Origin: Octopus bimaculoides
Taxonomy: Eukaryota
Reading direction: 5' to 3'
DNA: 64,000 bases
Assembly: GCF_001194135.2 (NCBI RefSeq)
Contig: NC_068983.1
Location: 165,067,352 to 165,131,351 of the forward strand
Both the position numbers and the translations under genes were made by a program. Positions 1 to 12,160 of this stretch are shown one piece after another. Numbering within the stretch: position 1 is the stretch's first letter; each line of letters begins with the position of its first letter. The notes under the pieces were generated by a model. It worked only from the letters and a program-made list of their open reading frames with translations, was not told where the DNA came from and ran no database searches.

Positions 1-705
1 CCAGTTATGCACTGGGGTCGATGTGATCGACTTAATCGTTTTGTCTGTCCTTGCTTGTCCCCTCTAGATCGACTTTGCCGCTCATTCCTTCGAGATCGAT
101 AAAAATAAATACCAGTTGATCGGGGGGGAGGGCAATATAATCGATTTACTCTCTTCTCCGAACCTGATGACCTTGTGTCAAAATTTGAAACCAACATTTA
201 TTTACTGGAGCTCTAATTACGGTAATGATTATGAAGAGAAATTTAGATCCCTACCGGGTCTAACAAAACTACGCACAGTTAAAACTAACAGCCCTTCCAG
301 CTACAACTAGAACCTTAAGAATGACGCTTTCATACCCCACATACCCGCTTTATGACCTACATTGTCNNNNNNNNNNNNNNNNNNNNNNNNNNNNNNNNNN
401 NNNNNNNNNCCCTCCCAACAAAATTACACAATTCATACAAGACATACTGAACATAATTGTTCCTACTATGGACCGAAGGACAGAAAATTTTGTGGGGTGC
501 AGGTGGGGTCTTGTCCATTATATCAACCCCAGTGTTCCACTGATACTTAGTTTATCCCGAAAAGATGAAAGGCAAAAACAACCACAGCTGAATTTGAACT
601 CAGAATATAAAGAGCGAGTAGAAATGTCGTTAAGCAATTTTTTTCCGAAGGGCCAACGATTCTGGCAACTCACCGCCACCCCACCCCCCTCCCCATCACA
701 TATTT

Positions 706-1010
706 GGCACTCCGTCAGTTACGACGACAAGTATTCCAATTGATCCGATCAACGGAACAGCCAGCTTGTGAAATTAAGATGCATGTAGCTGAGCGTTCCG
801 TAGACACATGTACATTTGATGTAGTTCTAAAGGAGATTCAGCGTGACACAAGATGTGACAAAGCTGGACCCCTTTGGATTACAGGTACAATACATTTTTA
901 CCAGATGAGTAGACTGTAGCAACGTGAAATAAACTGTCTTGCTGAAAGCGAATCGAACTCTCAACGTTATGATGGTGAGCCGAATACCCGAACCACTGAG
1001 TCACGCGCCT
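706..1010 (-). mobile_element. tRNA-derived SINE, family C (tail ends ...cgacggagtgcc on its sense strand)
   Basis: Near-identical in layout to copies at 16446-16761, 57861-58210 and 62405-62733. The minus strand begins with a tRNA-like head (ggcgcgtgactcagtggtt...gagttcgatt). Confidence 0.85.
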
Positions 1011-1603
1011 TAACCCATATTCTACATAATGGTCGCCCAATAATATACCCGACGGACCCAGCTCATACGTCCAACCAGACACCATGATACATTCTTTACA
1101 TAATTAACATCCGCCATTATAACACACCTTTTGTAACACTGTAAATACTATTATGTCGATCTCCAATAATAATTATATTCTACAGGATCATCTCCCCACC
1201 CCCATCCCTATAGTATACCATAACGCACTGAGTTTATACACATCCATATCCAATAAAATGATACAATACATATATTTTTACGTATTCAACTTCCGATATT
1301 GTTACATATTCCATACAAACATTACACAATGACCAAAACATTACACAACACATGGGAAATACAGTCACTAACCAACAGATCAACACATCCAACATATTGC
1401 ATATATTCATCACAATAAACAGACATTAAAGTAACACCAGAAGCAACGAAAGGATTACAACAACAAAGAAAAATCAAATGCAGGATAGAGACAGCTCTTC
1501 TGTCTCGAAAGCCAAAAACTGCATAAGCTTCGAGGCCACGGAAATTGCGTCTGGTTGTACAATAAAAACTGGCAGGAAATCTTTGAAGACAAAATATTGG
1601 CCT

Positions 1604-4600
1604 CAAATTTTGGAACAAGGCCAGCAATTTCAGGGGAGGGGTTAAGTCGGTTACATTGACCTCCATTTCCCAGCTGGTACGTATTTTATCGACTTCGGCG
1701 GAATTTGAACTCTGAAAGTTAAAGACGGACGAAATGCCGCTAAGCCAGCAGTTCCCAACGTCTTTGCACTCGCGACCCTTACCCAGCTACCCCTTACTAT
1801 GAGCAGAGCATGAAAAATGAAATTGATGAGCTGAAACTAATATTACCCCAAGCCACTTCCAGTAAAGCTACGCGAACCCCTGGGAAGGCTTCGTGACACC
1901 CCAGATGTTCGAGGGAACCACCGGTTGGGAACCCCTGCGCTAAGCATTTAGCTTGGCATGCTGACGATTCTTTTCTACTCAAGGCACAAGGCCCGAAATT
2001 TTGGGGGCGGGGGCCATTCGATTAGATCGACCCCAGTACGCAACTGGTACTTAATTTATCGCCCCCGAAAGGATGAATGGCTCAGTCGACCTCGGCGGAA
2101 TTTGAACTTAGAACGTAAAAACAGACAATATACCACTAAACATTTCGCCCGGCGTGCTAACGTTTCTGCCATCACTCCAACTTTGTTCGAAACAAAATAA
2201 TGATAAGAATTTTTAGCCGAAGAACAAAATCATAAAACCGGCTGCTTTAAATTCACCTCAGTATTTGACTGGTACTTTATTTGATCGACCTCTTTCAGAT
2301 GAAAAACAAAGGTTATCCGGTTGAGATTTGAACTCAAAACGTAATGAGTCACAATTTTGTCCAATGTTCTAACGATTCTTCCATGATACAAACTGATTCT
2401 AATTTAGGCAGGAGGTCAACAATTTTAGGGGGAGGGGTTTTACGCAATACCATCAATCTCACTACTTCTATGGTACTATATATAGTCGACCCCGTAAGGA
2501 TGAAAGGCAGTTTTGGCCTCAGCGGGATTTGAACTCAGAACATAAAGACAGACGAAATGTTGTTAAGTATTCTGTCCGTTTGTTAGAGGTATTGTATATT
2601 AGAGGAATATTACGAGCGACATGCATTTCTCTTTACAAAGAAAAGGGATTGATTTCAACAGAACCGGCGATTCTGATCAGCAGCAACTTACAAATTTTCG
2701 TAATCACGATAATCCAGGCCGCCAATGTTTATTTACACAGCTACCACGTGATGTATTGACAACTGAAACGGTTAATCATGTAACCTTCTTGAGTTTTGCA
2801 ACCTATTTAATCGATTACCGTTCTTCACTTGTATCGAATATGTCTTCCGCCATCAAAATGCAAATAATAATAATAAACTGCTATTGATTTAGGTATGGGA
2901 ACAGGAGTTCTGAGCGGAGAGTATTGGTCGATATTATCGACTCCCGTACCTCATTTACTTTATGGGGTGGGGTTGGCAGATTTGAACTCAAAACGTAAAG
3001 TGCTGGAACAAATCAAGCTAAATTTCTCCGACGTTCTTAACTGCTCTGCCAATCTACCTCCCATAATGTAATGATATAAAATAAGATGGGATTGGCACGG
3101 TTAGAAAGTTTGTGACTTGTTCCAATAGAGTTAGCCTCAACAACACTGACAGGAATACTTCGTTCACAGAGACCCCAATTTCAATGACAGGGGATATAAT
3201 TAGGGTAAAAATATGCACCTGAGGATTAGGTTATCAATGGGATATAAAAAACGAAAATGAAAAGCTAGATCTCCCTCAAAGAATGAAGTGAAAATCTCTG
3301 AAGTGAAAATCTCTAAAGTGAAAATCTCTACATCGGCCCCACAAGGCTCAACTGGTACATATTTTATCGGCCCCGAAAGGATAAAACACAAAGTCCCCAA
3401 AGGCGGATTTTAAACCCAGAACGTAAAGACGGACGAAATGCCGCTAAGCATTCTGCTCGGAGTTCTACCGATTCTGCCAGTTCGCTATTTAGACAAGACT
3501 TAAATATTACAATGACGTTTATACGAAGGTCAAACCTAATCTTCCACCCTTCCGTCTCCTAGTTTTCATTGTCACATGTCCACGAATTTGTAGAGGGTAT
3601 GGTATATGTTCGACAAAATATATTCTGGTAGCTTTTATCGATCTTGAAGAAAAGAAAGACGAAATAAATCTAGATCACATTCGAACTCGAACGAAACTAA
3701 GACATTTAGACTAACTCTATACGTTTAAACATCTACCGCCTTCTTAATAATTATTATTCCAGATTTTGGCATAAGGCCAGCAATTTTAACGGAGAGGTTA
3801 AGTCGATTAAATCGACCCCAGTGCCCAGCGAGTACTTTATCGACACCGAAAAGACGAAAGGCAAAGTTGAACTCGGCGGGATTTGAACTGTGATCGTGAA
3901 GAGCTGGAATCTGAAAAATAACAGCAAGAGTTTGTACCGCTGTTACAACTTCATGGTGTGTAATTATTTTAATCAAACTCCATTTAATTTTCTCTTATTG
4001 ATCCAAAAATGATGAAAAGCAACATACACTCTGGCGGCGAAATGGTAGTCCAAATATATTGGGAACAAGTTTAGTTTCTTCCTTCCTTGGGTTCCAGTGA
4101 AGCCGTTGGAGGTATCGTCGTGACAAACGATGAGTCTGTTGGTTATATTGAAACTTGGAAAATTTTAGTTCCAAAAAATAAATGCCTCTGCCATGTATCG
4201 CCCTCTCAATAATAATAATTCTTCTTAATTTGGGGCAGCACATGGCCATATATCTGGAGATGCCGGTGCAGTGACTGAATGGTACTGATTTTATTAGTTT
4301 CAAATACCATTTTCAAATTTTGGAACAAGGCCAGCAATTCCGGTTAGCGGGAATAACTCGATTCTATCGAATCCTGATACTTATTACATTGACCCCCGAA
4401 AGGATGAAAAGCAAAGTAGGCCGCGGCGGAATTTGAACGCAGAAAGTAAAGAACCAAAGGGAATGCAGTTAAGCATTTCGTCCGACACTAACGGTTTTTT
4501 CCCCTATAGGCACAAGGTGTGAAATTTTGTGGGGAGGGGCTAGTCAATTAGATCGACCTAAGTGCTCAATTGGTGCTTATTTTATCGAAAGGATGAAAGG

Positions 4601-4700
4601 TAAAGTTAACCTTTGAATTCAGAACGCAAAGCCGGACGAAATGCCGCTAAGCATTTTATCCGGTGTGATAACAATTCTGTCAGTTTGTCGCCTTATAATA
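1604..4700 (-). mobile_element. Cluster of about 9 co-oriented family A SINE copies (core ttcatcctttcggggtcgataaattaagtaccag, Deu/Nin-domain-like)
   Basis: The motifs cacaaggcc..aatttt, atcgacccc.aaaggatgaaaggcaaagt and ggcggaatttgaactcagaacgtaa recur at about 1604, 1981, 2250, 2400, 2890, 3330, 3770, 4315 and 4510, separated by AAT-rich spacers. The best reference copy is 59779-59997. Confidence 0.9.
1746..1937. mobile_element. 192 bp hAT (Charlie-type) MITE inserted into a family A SINE
   Basis: TIRs cagcagttcccaac / gttgggaacccctg, and a perfect 8 bp TSD cgctaagc at 1738-1745 and 1938-1945. The SINE sequence resumes across the insertion. Confidence 0.9.
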
Positions 4701-5413
4701 ATAATAATAATACCATTTATTTTATTGGCCATGAGGATCCAATGCGTTAAGGAGAGAGTACAAAACAACGAACAAGAAACAAAAGGGTGTTCACATGAAG
4801 TACAAGAGTGAGAACAACAATTCAAAGATATATATAGCAATTGAGAATTTCTTCAACTATGAAGGGTTTCCACAAATATTAAGGACCTAACAGGATGGCA
4901 CAAAACATTATGATGTGATGAAGGGTTATTTGGAGGCGCGTAAACATTAGGGTGACAAAGGGAAATGCTCCTCTCTCCTTTCCTCCTCCCTTAATTATAT
5001 GCAAGAAGACGAAACAGCAATAATAGTAATAATAACATAATATAATAGAAAGCGAAGAGATATATACAAGGAAAAGGATCTGCAATTCGGGAGCAACGAC
5101 AAAAGTTAATTCGGGACACTCTACATGCAACATCAGGTTACCCCAATATACCAAAAGCAGGCAAGTTCTCCCAGTTTTTGCTCTTAGCCCACCACGTATT
5201 TAGTGCTGGCCTCCACCTAACCCTCCTAATCTCATCATCCTAATCCATCACAAAATTTACCGAATGACAACTCACCCCTCTCTGTGCACTCTTTTGGTTC
5301 GTGCTAATATTTTAATGAAGTTGTCAATTATAAAATTAATTTTTTGTTTTCCTATACAGCAGATAGCAAAGTTGATGAAGAAAAAATTATTTTGAAAATA
5401 AATCGATACAGAC

Positions 5414-5625
5414 CTTATAAACATCTCGACTCCTGTTGTTTCCATGTTTCGTTTAATCCCTTTCCAAGACTGCTTCAATTTGAAAATATCTCGAGCATTG
5501 AGCGGAAGCCGGGGATCGACCTGGGGTATGGCGCTCTCCATACTATTAGGTTCCTGGCAAACATTGCTTTTCCTTCTTTCGGTTAAATTTGGACCACACT
5601 GTTCTTTCGATTCTCGACAACCCAT
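5414..5625 (-). CDS. First coding exon of an N-terminally acylated globin (globin X-like / neuroglobin-like)
   Basis: Translation MGCRESKEQC...PQVDPRLPLNARDIFKLKQSWKGIKRNMETTGVEMFI(R) contains globin A-helix (SW) and B-helix (GVEMFIR) motifs. The exon ends AG|gtctgt in phase 2 at the conserved B12.2 globin intron site. Gly2-Cys3 fits myristoylation/palmitoylation. A candidate acceptor (tttctag) lies at 5679-5678. Confidence 0.9.
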
Positions 5626-7203
5626 AATTCTTTTTTTTTTTTTTTTTCAACAATAATATCAAACTTACAAATAATTTCTAGAAATATTTTATATAAAATA
5701 TAAATTTTAACAAATTAAAACAACTGAATAAATATACTATCTTTTTTTTTTTTTCAAATTAAAATCTAAATATGCCTTCCTGTTTTTCTCTTTTTATAAT
5801 TATTTTATCAATAAATACAAACTTTTTTTCCACAGCAGTTCGTTGGACCGGTTTCCAACTTATTATATTTGGTATATCCAGCAAGAATTCGACGTATATG
5901 TGATTATAGAAGATATATGTGTGTGTGTATGCCGGCGTCTTATAGAAGATATGTCCAACTGTAAGATATATACATTCGTCCGCTCACGTGTGTTTTATGT
6001 AAATGCGAGTGGTGTTGCTTGTATGTAAATATAACTTTATTTATTTATGATATTACATGTGTGTGTGTTTAAATGTATAGATTTGTGCTGTTGGTTTCAC
6101 TGTAAATCTTTGTTCGATTGCTTTTTAATTATAATTATTTTAATTTGTATTAATTATTATTATTTCGTTTAATTTTCTTGCTTTTTTTCTTGGTCTATAA
6201 GTTGGTTTGGTAAACTATACAAACACACACACACACACATATACATGTAGAGAGAGAGAGAGAGAAGGAAGGGTGAAGCAATTATATAGTTGTGTGTATA
6301 TATATATGTATGTGTGTGTTTGTATGTATGTTTATGTGTCTGTGTGTGTGTGTGTGTCTGTGTGTGTGAGTAATTATATATACAGTCTTCAATAACAACT
6401 TGTACATATATATATATGTATATTTACAATCTAACCGCTCGGGCCTAATTAGCCCCACTTCTAATCATTTTAGATAGAATGAGGAAGAACAGCGAAAATA
6501 TAGAAAAAAGATGCGAAAGAAAGTGAAAATAAAATTGGCGGCGGCTGGCCGTGTGCTGGTGTTGCTGTCAGTTCGACAAATAGGGAGAAGAGAGAATGTT
6601 TTGACTATAAATGATATAAGCTTGCCGCTGATATAGAAAGAAGTGTAAGAGAGTGGGGGGGAAACGGTGGAAGCCTGTTGTTATAGACAGCAGTCGTGTA
6701 ATGGTTGATGAGGAGTAAATAAATAAGAGAAAATCGTGGTGGGTGGTGGGGTGAGTGCAGGAAGAGTCTTTATAACTGGTTGGTAAAGGAAGGAGGAGTG
6801 ATTGATAGAGAGAGAGAGAGAGTGAGAGGAAGAGGAGGAGTGAAAGACAGAAATAAAGAGAGGGGCAAGTATATGAGGAAAGTGACTGTTACGTATGTTT
6901 GTGTGTGTGTGTATGTGTGTGTGCATGTGTTGTTGCTGTTTTTTAGCCCCAGGTCAGACTTGATCGTGCAACCCTTATAATCCAAAGCAGAGAACCCGTT
7001 ATAACATTATCCAACGTGTCCTTTTCCTAAAGTGGCCGGGCGTGATATGAGAAAGATTTAGTTGCTATTTCTTACAAATCAAGTGATCCCATTAGAGGAC
7101 CCCTTCGATCCCTCCGACAGTTGAGTGAAAGGGTTAAAATGGAATTAAGAGATTGACACGTAATCATGCAAAGAGGGAGGGGCAAGTGGCTAGAGAGTTA
7201 GTG

Positions 7204-7204
7204 A

Positions 7205-7235
<31 letters not shown>

Positions 7236-7264
7236 GAAGGGATCTATAGTGAAAACAGCCTCAA

Positions 7265-7302
<38 letters not shown>

Positions 7303-7600
7303 ATAGCGAGCTTGATTGATTCAGAGGGACAAAGAGACAGAAGGAATAATGAAGAGAGAGGGAAAAAGCGGAGAGATGAAAAAATGTGATGTAAATAACA
7401 AATAGATAAATATAGAGAAAGTGTGTGGCGAGAGAGAGAGAGAAGGAAAAAAACGTAGGAGGAGGTATATAGAAATAGATAGATAAAGAGGGGAGAGAAG
7501 GGAATAGAAAGAGACAGAGTAAGAGTAAGGGGCAGGAGGAGGAAAAGGGGGTATAGCGAAGAGGTAAAGGAAAGTGGGTGGTGTCGAAGAGGGAGAAGAG
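7204..7600 (+). repeat. Polypurine low-complexity tract with (GAAA)n and (GA)n
   Basis: About 400 bp of strongly purine-biased plus strand containing perfect GAAA and GA runs. Confidence 0.9.
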
Positions 7601-7933
7601 CTTAGAGTTCCGACGGAAATCAATGAAAAGATCAATTGGATGAACAAATATTGTTAACAATTACATCGAGGTAGAGTCACGTTAGTCATTTAAAATACAC
7701 ACACAAAATAAGAGAATATAGACCATTATTCGTTTTTGTTTTATTTTGTGATAATATTATTTATTGTTATCTAAGTCTTTCCTATGGTGTGGTTACTAAC
7801 ATTTTATCCTAATGGTTCCCAAATAGTGCAGCACGAATTATTAAAAACTATATTCGATATCTTTACGAAATATATACTAACGCATGAGCTTCTTGACAAA
7901 AAAAAACGTGTTGTTTTTTTCTTATGTTGTACA

Positions 7934-8485
7934 TACGAGGGTGAGTCAAAAAGTAATGCCATTTTGTTTAGGACAGGTATAATTACCAACACAGGAACAT
8001 GTGTCATACATCAAAATGAAGCTGGTCCCCTGTGGATCACATCCCTACTTCTCAACATAATCACCGTTTCTCTCAATAGCAATGTTCCACCTTCGAATGA
8101 GGACATGTATCCCTGCCCCGTAAAATTCTGTTGACTGTTCTTTGAGCCACTTCTTCACTACAGTTTTCTCTTCGTCGTCACTGGACCATCATCTCTTCGG
8201 CCCTTAAAAGAGGGTTTGAGAGGCAAACATTATTCCAGTGATGAGGAAGGGAAAACTGTAGTGAAGAAGTGGCTCAAAGAACAGTCAACAGAATTTTACA
8301 GGGCAGGGATACATGTTCTCATTCGAAGGTGGAACATAGCTATTGAGAGAAACAGTGACTATGTTGAGAAGTAGGGATGTTATCCACAGAGGACCAGCTT
8401 CATTTTGATGTATGATACATGTTCCTGTGTTGGTAATTATACCTGTCCTAAACAAAATGGCATTACTTTTTGACTCACCCTCGTA
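7934..8485. mobile_element. Fold-back mariner-derived MITE built from two inverted transposon right ends
   Basis: TA flanks and terminal tacgagggtgagtcaaaaagtaatgcc inverted at both ends. The arms 7936-8185 and 8234-8483 are reverse complements. The plus strand encodes a mariner C-terminus DHHLF/GPLKEGLRGKHYSSDEEGKTVVKKWLKEQSTEFYRAGIHVLIRRWNIAIERNSDYVEK*. Confidence 0.93.
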
Positions 8486-9456
8486 AATTTGATTAACAAA
8501 ACAAGGTAAGCTACAGTTTTTTTATTTCTTCAATAATCTTAACTTTAAATAATCATTTTATCTTAGCGCTTCCATGCTATATGTAACAGTAATTATATAT
8601 TTGATCTCCAGTGCCTAGCAAAGTAAAAAAATTGAGGACCACCGCCCTACCTCAGTGATACATTTAAACAGTGTATCATATAGAGTTATATGGAATGACA
8701 TATTTTGGTGAAACAGTGGAATAGGAAGTCCGTGAGCAGGTCACAGATGTACGACGAAAAACTACGATAATCTGTAATAAAAGAGAATACAAACATTGTG
8801 TGTGCGTGCGTGTGTTTCAAATGGCTGTCATATTCCTACCGGTTTCAACACTAATTCATTCAACTCATTAACTAAACAGTTATAATTCCAATTTCTTCTA
8901 TAAACACAAATAAAGGTGATCAGTAAGCCAATCGAAAATTCTAACAAGGATGTTGTTGTTGTGTTTGTTGTTGTTGATATCCAGCTTCTTGTTACTTGAT
9001 GATGTAACAAAGTCAAGATCAACGGTGTTCTGTCCCTGTCTCGTTTGTCAGATCGTCTATCAGAAACTACTTCCTCTAATATGATCGTCTTTCTTTTTGC
9101 CTAGATGTAACTTATTTTGGGATTTTGTTTAACCCTACATCAGTACTGATTCAGTAAAACTATAATCAAAGAAAAGCACTGCCGTGACCATCGCCTCTTT
9201 TTGTCAGATATAATTTATTGCAAGGAAATTATCTGTGACCTTTCTTTTCAGTAAAGTAGGTTGTAGTTTAAAGACCATTTCTCTGGGGTTGTTGCTTAAT
9301 CTGATGTCAAAGCTGGATGAACAGACCTATTATGAAAGGCGTTCCTGTTATGACCACCCAGTGTTCTTTCCAGGAATAATATATAAATAGACAAAGGCGA
9401 CGAGCTGGCAGAAACGTTAGTACACCGGGCGAAATGCTTAGCGGTATTTCATCTCT

Positions 9457-11189
9457 GTGGAGTTATTGCGTGAGTTTATGTTGAAGTGTTTATCGAATTG
9501 TTGCCATTGTTATTGATTTGAATTGTTGCCAAAGTTTTTAATTCGTTAATTGTTGTTTGTTTCCCATTGTGGGAAAATGGAGAAGGCGCCAGAGGCAGGC
9601 CCAAATTATGCGGCCGCAACGGACAAAGGAGTAGACACGCGAGAGTTGGAGGTCCGCGAGATAAAAGTGGAGCCTAGAAAGATGAAGGAGAGTGAGAAAT
9701 TAATCAAAAAGGAAGGAAACACTTTGAAGCTGACACCGCCTTAAGAGCTATCGGCCAACGTGACAAAAAGAACGGTTATATTTAAAACCATGAAGGCAGT
9801 CACGAGAAAGATAGAAATAGCAGCAATAGAGGCCATAGAGGAATGTGTTAAGAATATAAAAAGATTCACAACATACCTTACGAGAGGGAGAAGATATGCT
9901 ACTATGGAGGTGCGCTTCACAACGGGGGAGAAGACAATAGAGCACTCCACAGAGGCAATAAGGACAGAGGAATGGGTGCTCTTGCCTTCGTACTGCGGCA
10001 AACATGTGGCCAAGGTGCGAGTGGGTAAGGTTCCACCCGAATTGAAAGAAGAATGGCTGATGACAGCCATAACGTATAATATGAAAGACGGGAAGATTCT
10101 GAAGGCTACAAGGACCCAGAAGGTAGATTACTGGGGATATGGGATCGAATTAACGATTCAGGCAACAACAGAAGACTTGAATAGTATGGTGGATGAGATT
10201 GTGCTGCCTGAAGATGTGAAGCTGAGAGTTATTGTGGAGGGTAGGCCGGAAGTGTGTTTCACATGTGGAGAAAGGGGCCACATGAAGGCATGGTGCACCC
10301 AAAGAAAGCCACAAACAGAACAGGAGGAGAGACAGGAGGGGCAAGGCAACAGAAAAAGAAGCGGAGAATGGATTGACTATGGTTAAAAAGAAAAAAAGGA
10401 GGGTGCGGATGAATGAGTTCTCCTTCAGAGAAGCAGAAAAAGAAGAGAGAAGAGGTGAGAAAAGAAACTGTGAAGGAGAGCAGTAGGAAGGAAAAAGAAA
10501 GTGGAGNNNNNNNNNNTGAGAAAAGAAACTGTGAAGGAGAGCAGTAGGAAGGAAAAAGAAAGTGGAGTTACCAGTGGAGAAAGTGTGGGAAACCCAACTG
10601 TATGAAGGTGAGATGGAAAGACTATTTATGGAAGAAAAGAGAGAACCAAAAGTCCAAGAGAAAGGAAAGAAGATACGAGGAAGAGAAGGAGTATGGCATT
10701 ATGTAACGTACCCAAAAATGTCGAAACAGAGAAGAAAATAATCTAGTTACATTCAATAGTAAGAGTAAAGGTGCCTTCATACGTCTACGCGGAGGATATG
10801 AAGGCAATATTGATAGAAGAAGAGAACTACGGAAAATTGAAAGAGATGTTTGGAGATAACGTTGACCCACCAGGAGTGGAGGTGGAATTTAAAGAGTTGC
10901 CACCAGGGGTGGATTTGAGAGATATCGAACCACTAATGAGTTCTACTAAAGACAAAAAAAAGTATGAAATTAAAGGAAAATAAAAAAGAACAATTGTAGA
11001 TAATACATATAACGGTTCAAATGGTACTGCATGGGAGTGGGGCCCATGCGTCCATTTTCATTTTTTTTTCATTTTTATATAACTTTCATCTCATTTACAT
11101 TCGTTTTATGTTTTTTGTCCCCACTGTGGTCTTGTCTGTCCTTGTGGTGTCCCCATCTATGTTTAGGGCTTCATGCCAAATAAATAAAT
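9457..11189 (+). mobile_element. ORF1-only (half-LINE/HAL1-like) non-LTR retroelement inserted in a family A SINE
   Basis: Splits a SINE (9395-9456 / 11190-11360) with a 13-15 bp TSD cggtatttc(a/g)tct(c/g)t. It ends in ccaaataaataaat, carries a gag-like ORF with a CCHC knuckle, and shows no RT or endonuclease sequence. Confidence 0.8.
9577..10983 (+). pseudogene. Decayed gag-like ORF1 with CX2CX4HX4C zinc knuckle (L1/Tx1-type)
   Basis: ATG at 9577 (MEKAPEAGPNYAAAT...) is in frame with ORF 9760-10386 apart from one TAA at 9742. Motif VIVEGRPEVCFTCGERGHMKAWC. A frameshifted K/E-rich linker follows, then terminal ORF 10771-10983. Confidence 0.75.
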
Positions 11190-11514
11190 CGGTATTTCGT
11201 CTGTCTTTACGTTCTGAGTTCAAATTCCGCAGAGGTCGACTTTACCTTTCATCCTTTCGGGGTCGATAGATTAAGTACCAGTTGCGTACTGGGGTCGATC
11301 TAATCGACTGGCTCCCCCCCAAAAAAAAAATTTCGGGCCTTGTGCCTAGAATAGAAAAGAATATATAGATAGATAGATATAAGCACATTTTCTGTACCCT
11401 TTTTTGTTTGTGGGATATTTAGCTGCTATTTCTGGCTGATGTGTGCCCACTTAACCCAGTTCACTCGGCTCTTACAGATGACTACTTTTGATGTTATTGC
11501 CACAATTAATTATA

Positions 11515-12160
11515 ATTGATTCTAAGACTGGCCATGAATTTGAGAAGATTGCTAGTTGAGTGAATCGACCTCAGTATTGCATTGGTACCTTATTTTAATG
11601 ACCCCCAGAAGGAGGAACAACAAAGTTGACCTTAGCGGGTTTCAATCTCAAAAGGGAAAGAGCCACAACGAATAGCACAACGCATTTTGTCCGATGCTCT
11701 AACGCTTCTGCCAATCCAACACGGCCCCTTAACTAATAAAGGTAATCATGGTTTCCCCTTTTAGCACAAGGCCAGTAATTTTGGGGGGAGAAGGTAAGAC
11801 GATTGCATCGACCTCAGAACTGAACTTGTTTTTATTTTATCGATTCGACGAAATTTGAACTCAGAACGTAACGGCGGACGAAATGCCGCTGAGCATTGTT
11901 CCCGGAGTGTGTTATCGACACCACCTTATCAATAATTATAATAATCCTTTCTACTCTAGGCACAAGGGCTGAAATTTAGGGGGAGGGGACCAATCGATTA
12001 CACTGACCCCAATGTGCAACTAGTACTTAATTTATCGACCCCGAAAGGATGAAAGACAAAGTCGACCCCAGCGAAACTCGAACTCAGAACGTAGCGGTAG
12101 ATGAAATACCGCTTAACGTTTTGCCCAGCGTGCTAACGATTCTGCCAGCTCACCGCCTTA
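11515..12160 (-). mobile_element. Three tandem family A SINE copies
   Basis: The family A motifs repeat at about 11520, 11760 and 11955, in the opposite orientation to the copy at 11190-11360. Confidence 0.85.

Noticed and set aside
1-5400. Search for globin exon 2 (expected to begin with one base then LF...) on the minus strand
   Set aside because: I found no acceptor followed by C-E helix-like sequence in any frame I examined, including ORFs 3200-3400, 3995-4303 and 4619-5154. It probably lies left of the window.
5272-5413. C-terminal part of the 117 aa ORF (SVSIYFQNNFF...)
   Set aside because: This is read-through into the intron past the GT donor at 5413.
7790-8650. Possible hAT element enclosing the mariner MITE (ggttcccaaa near 7813; ttgaggaccaccgccct near 8630)
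   Set aside because: There is no convincing matching TIR pair or 8 bp TSD.
10455-10568. 51 bp direct repeat on either side of a short N run
   Set aside because: This is the typical signature of overlapping contig ends, so it cannot be called a real tandem repeat.
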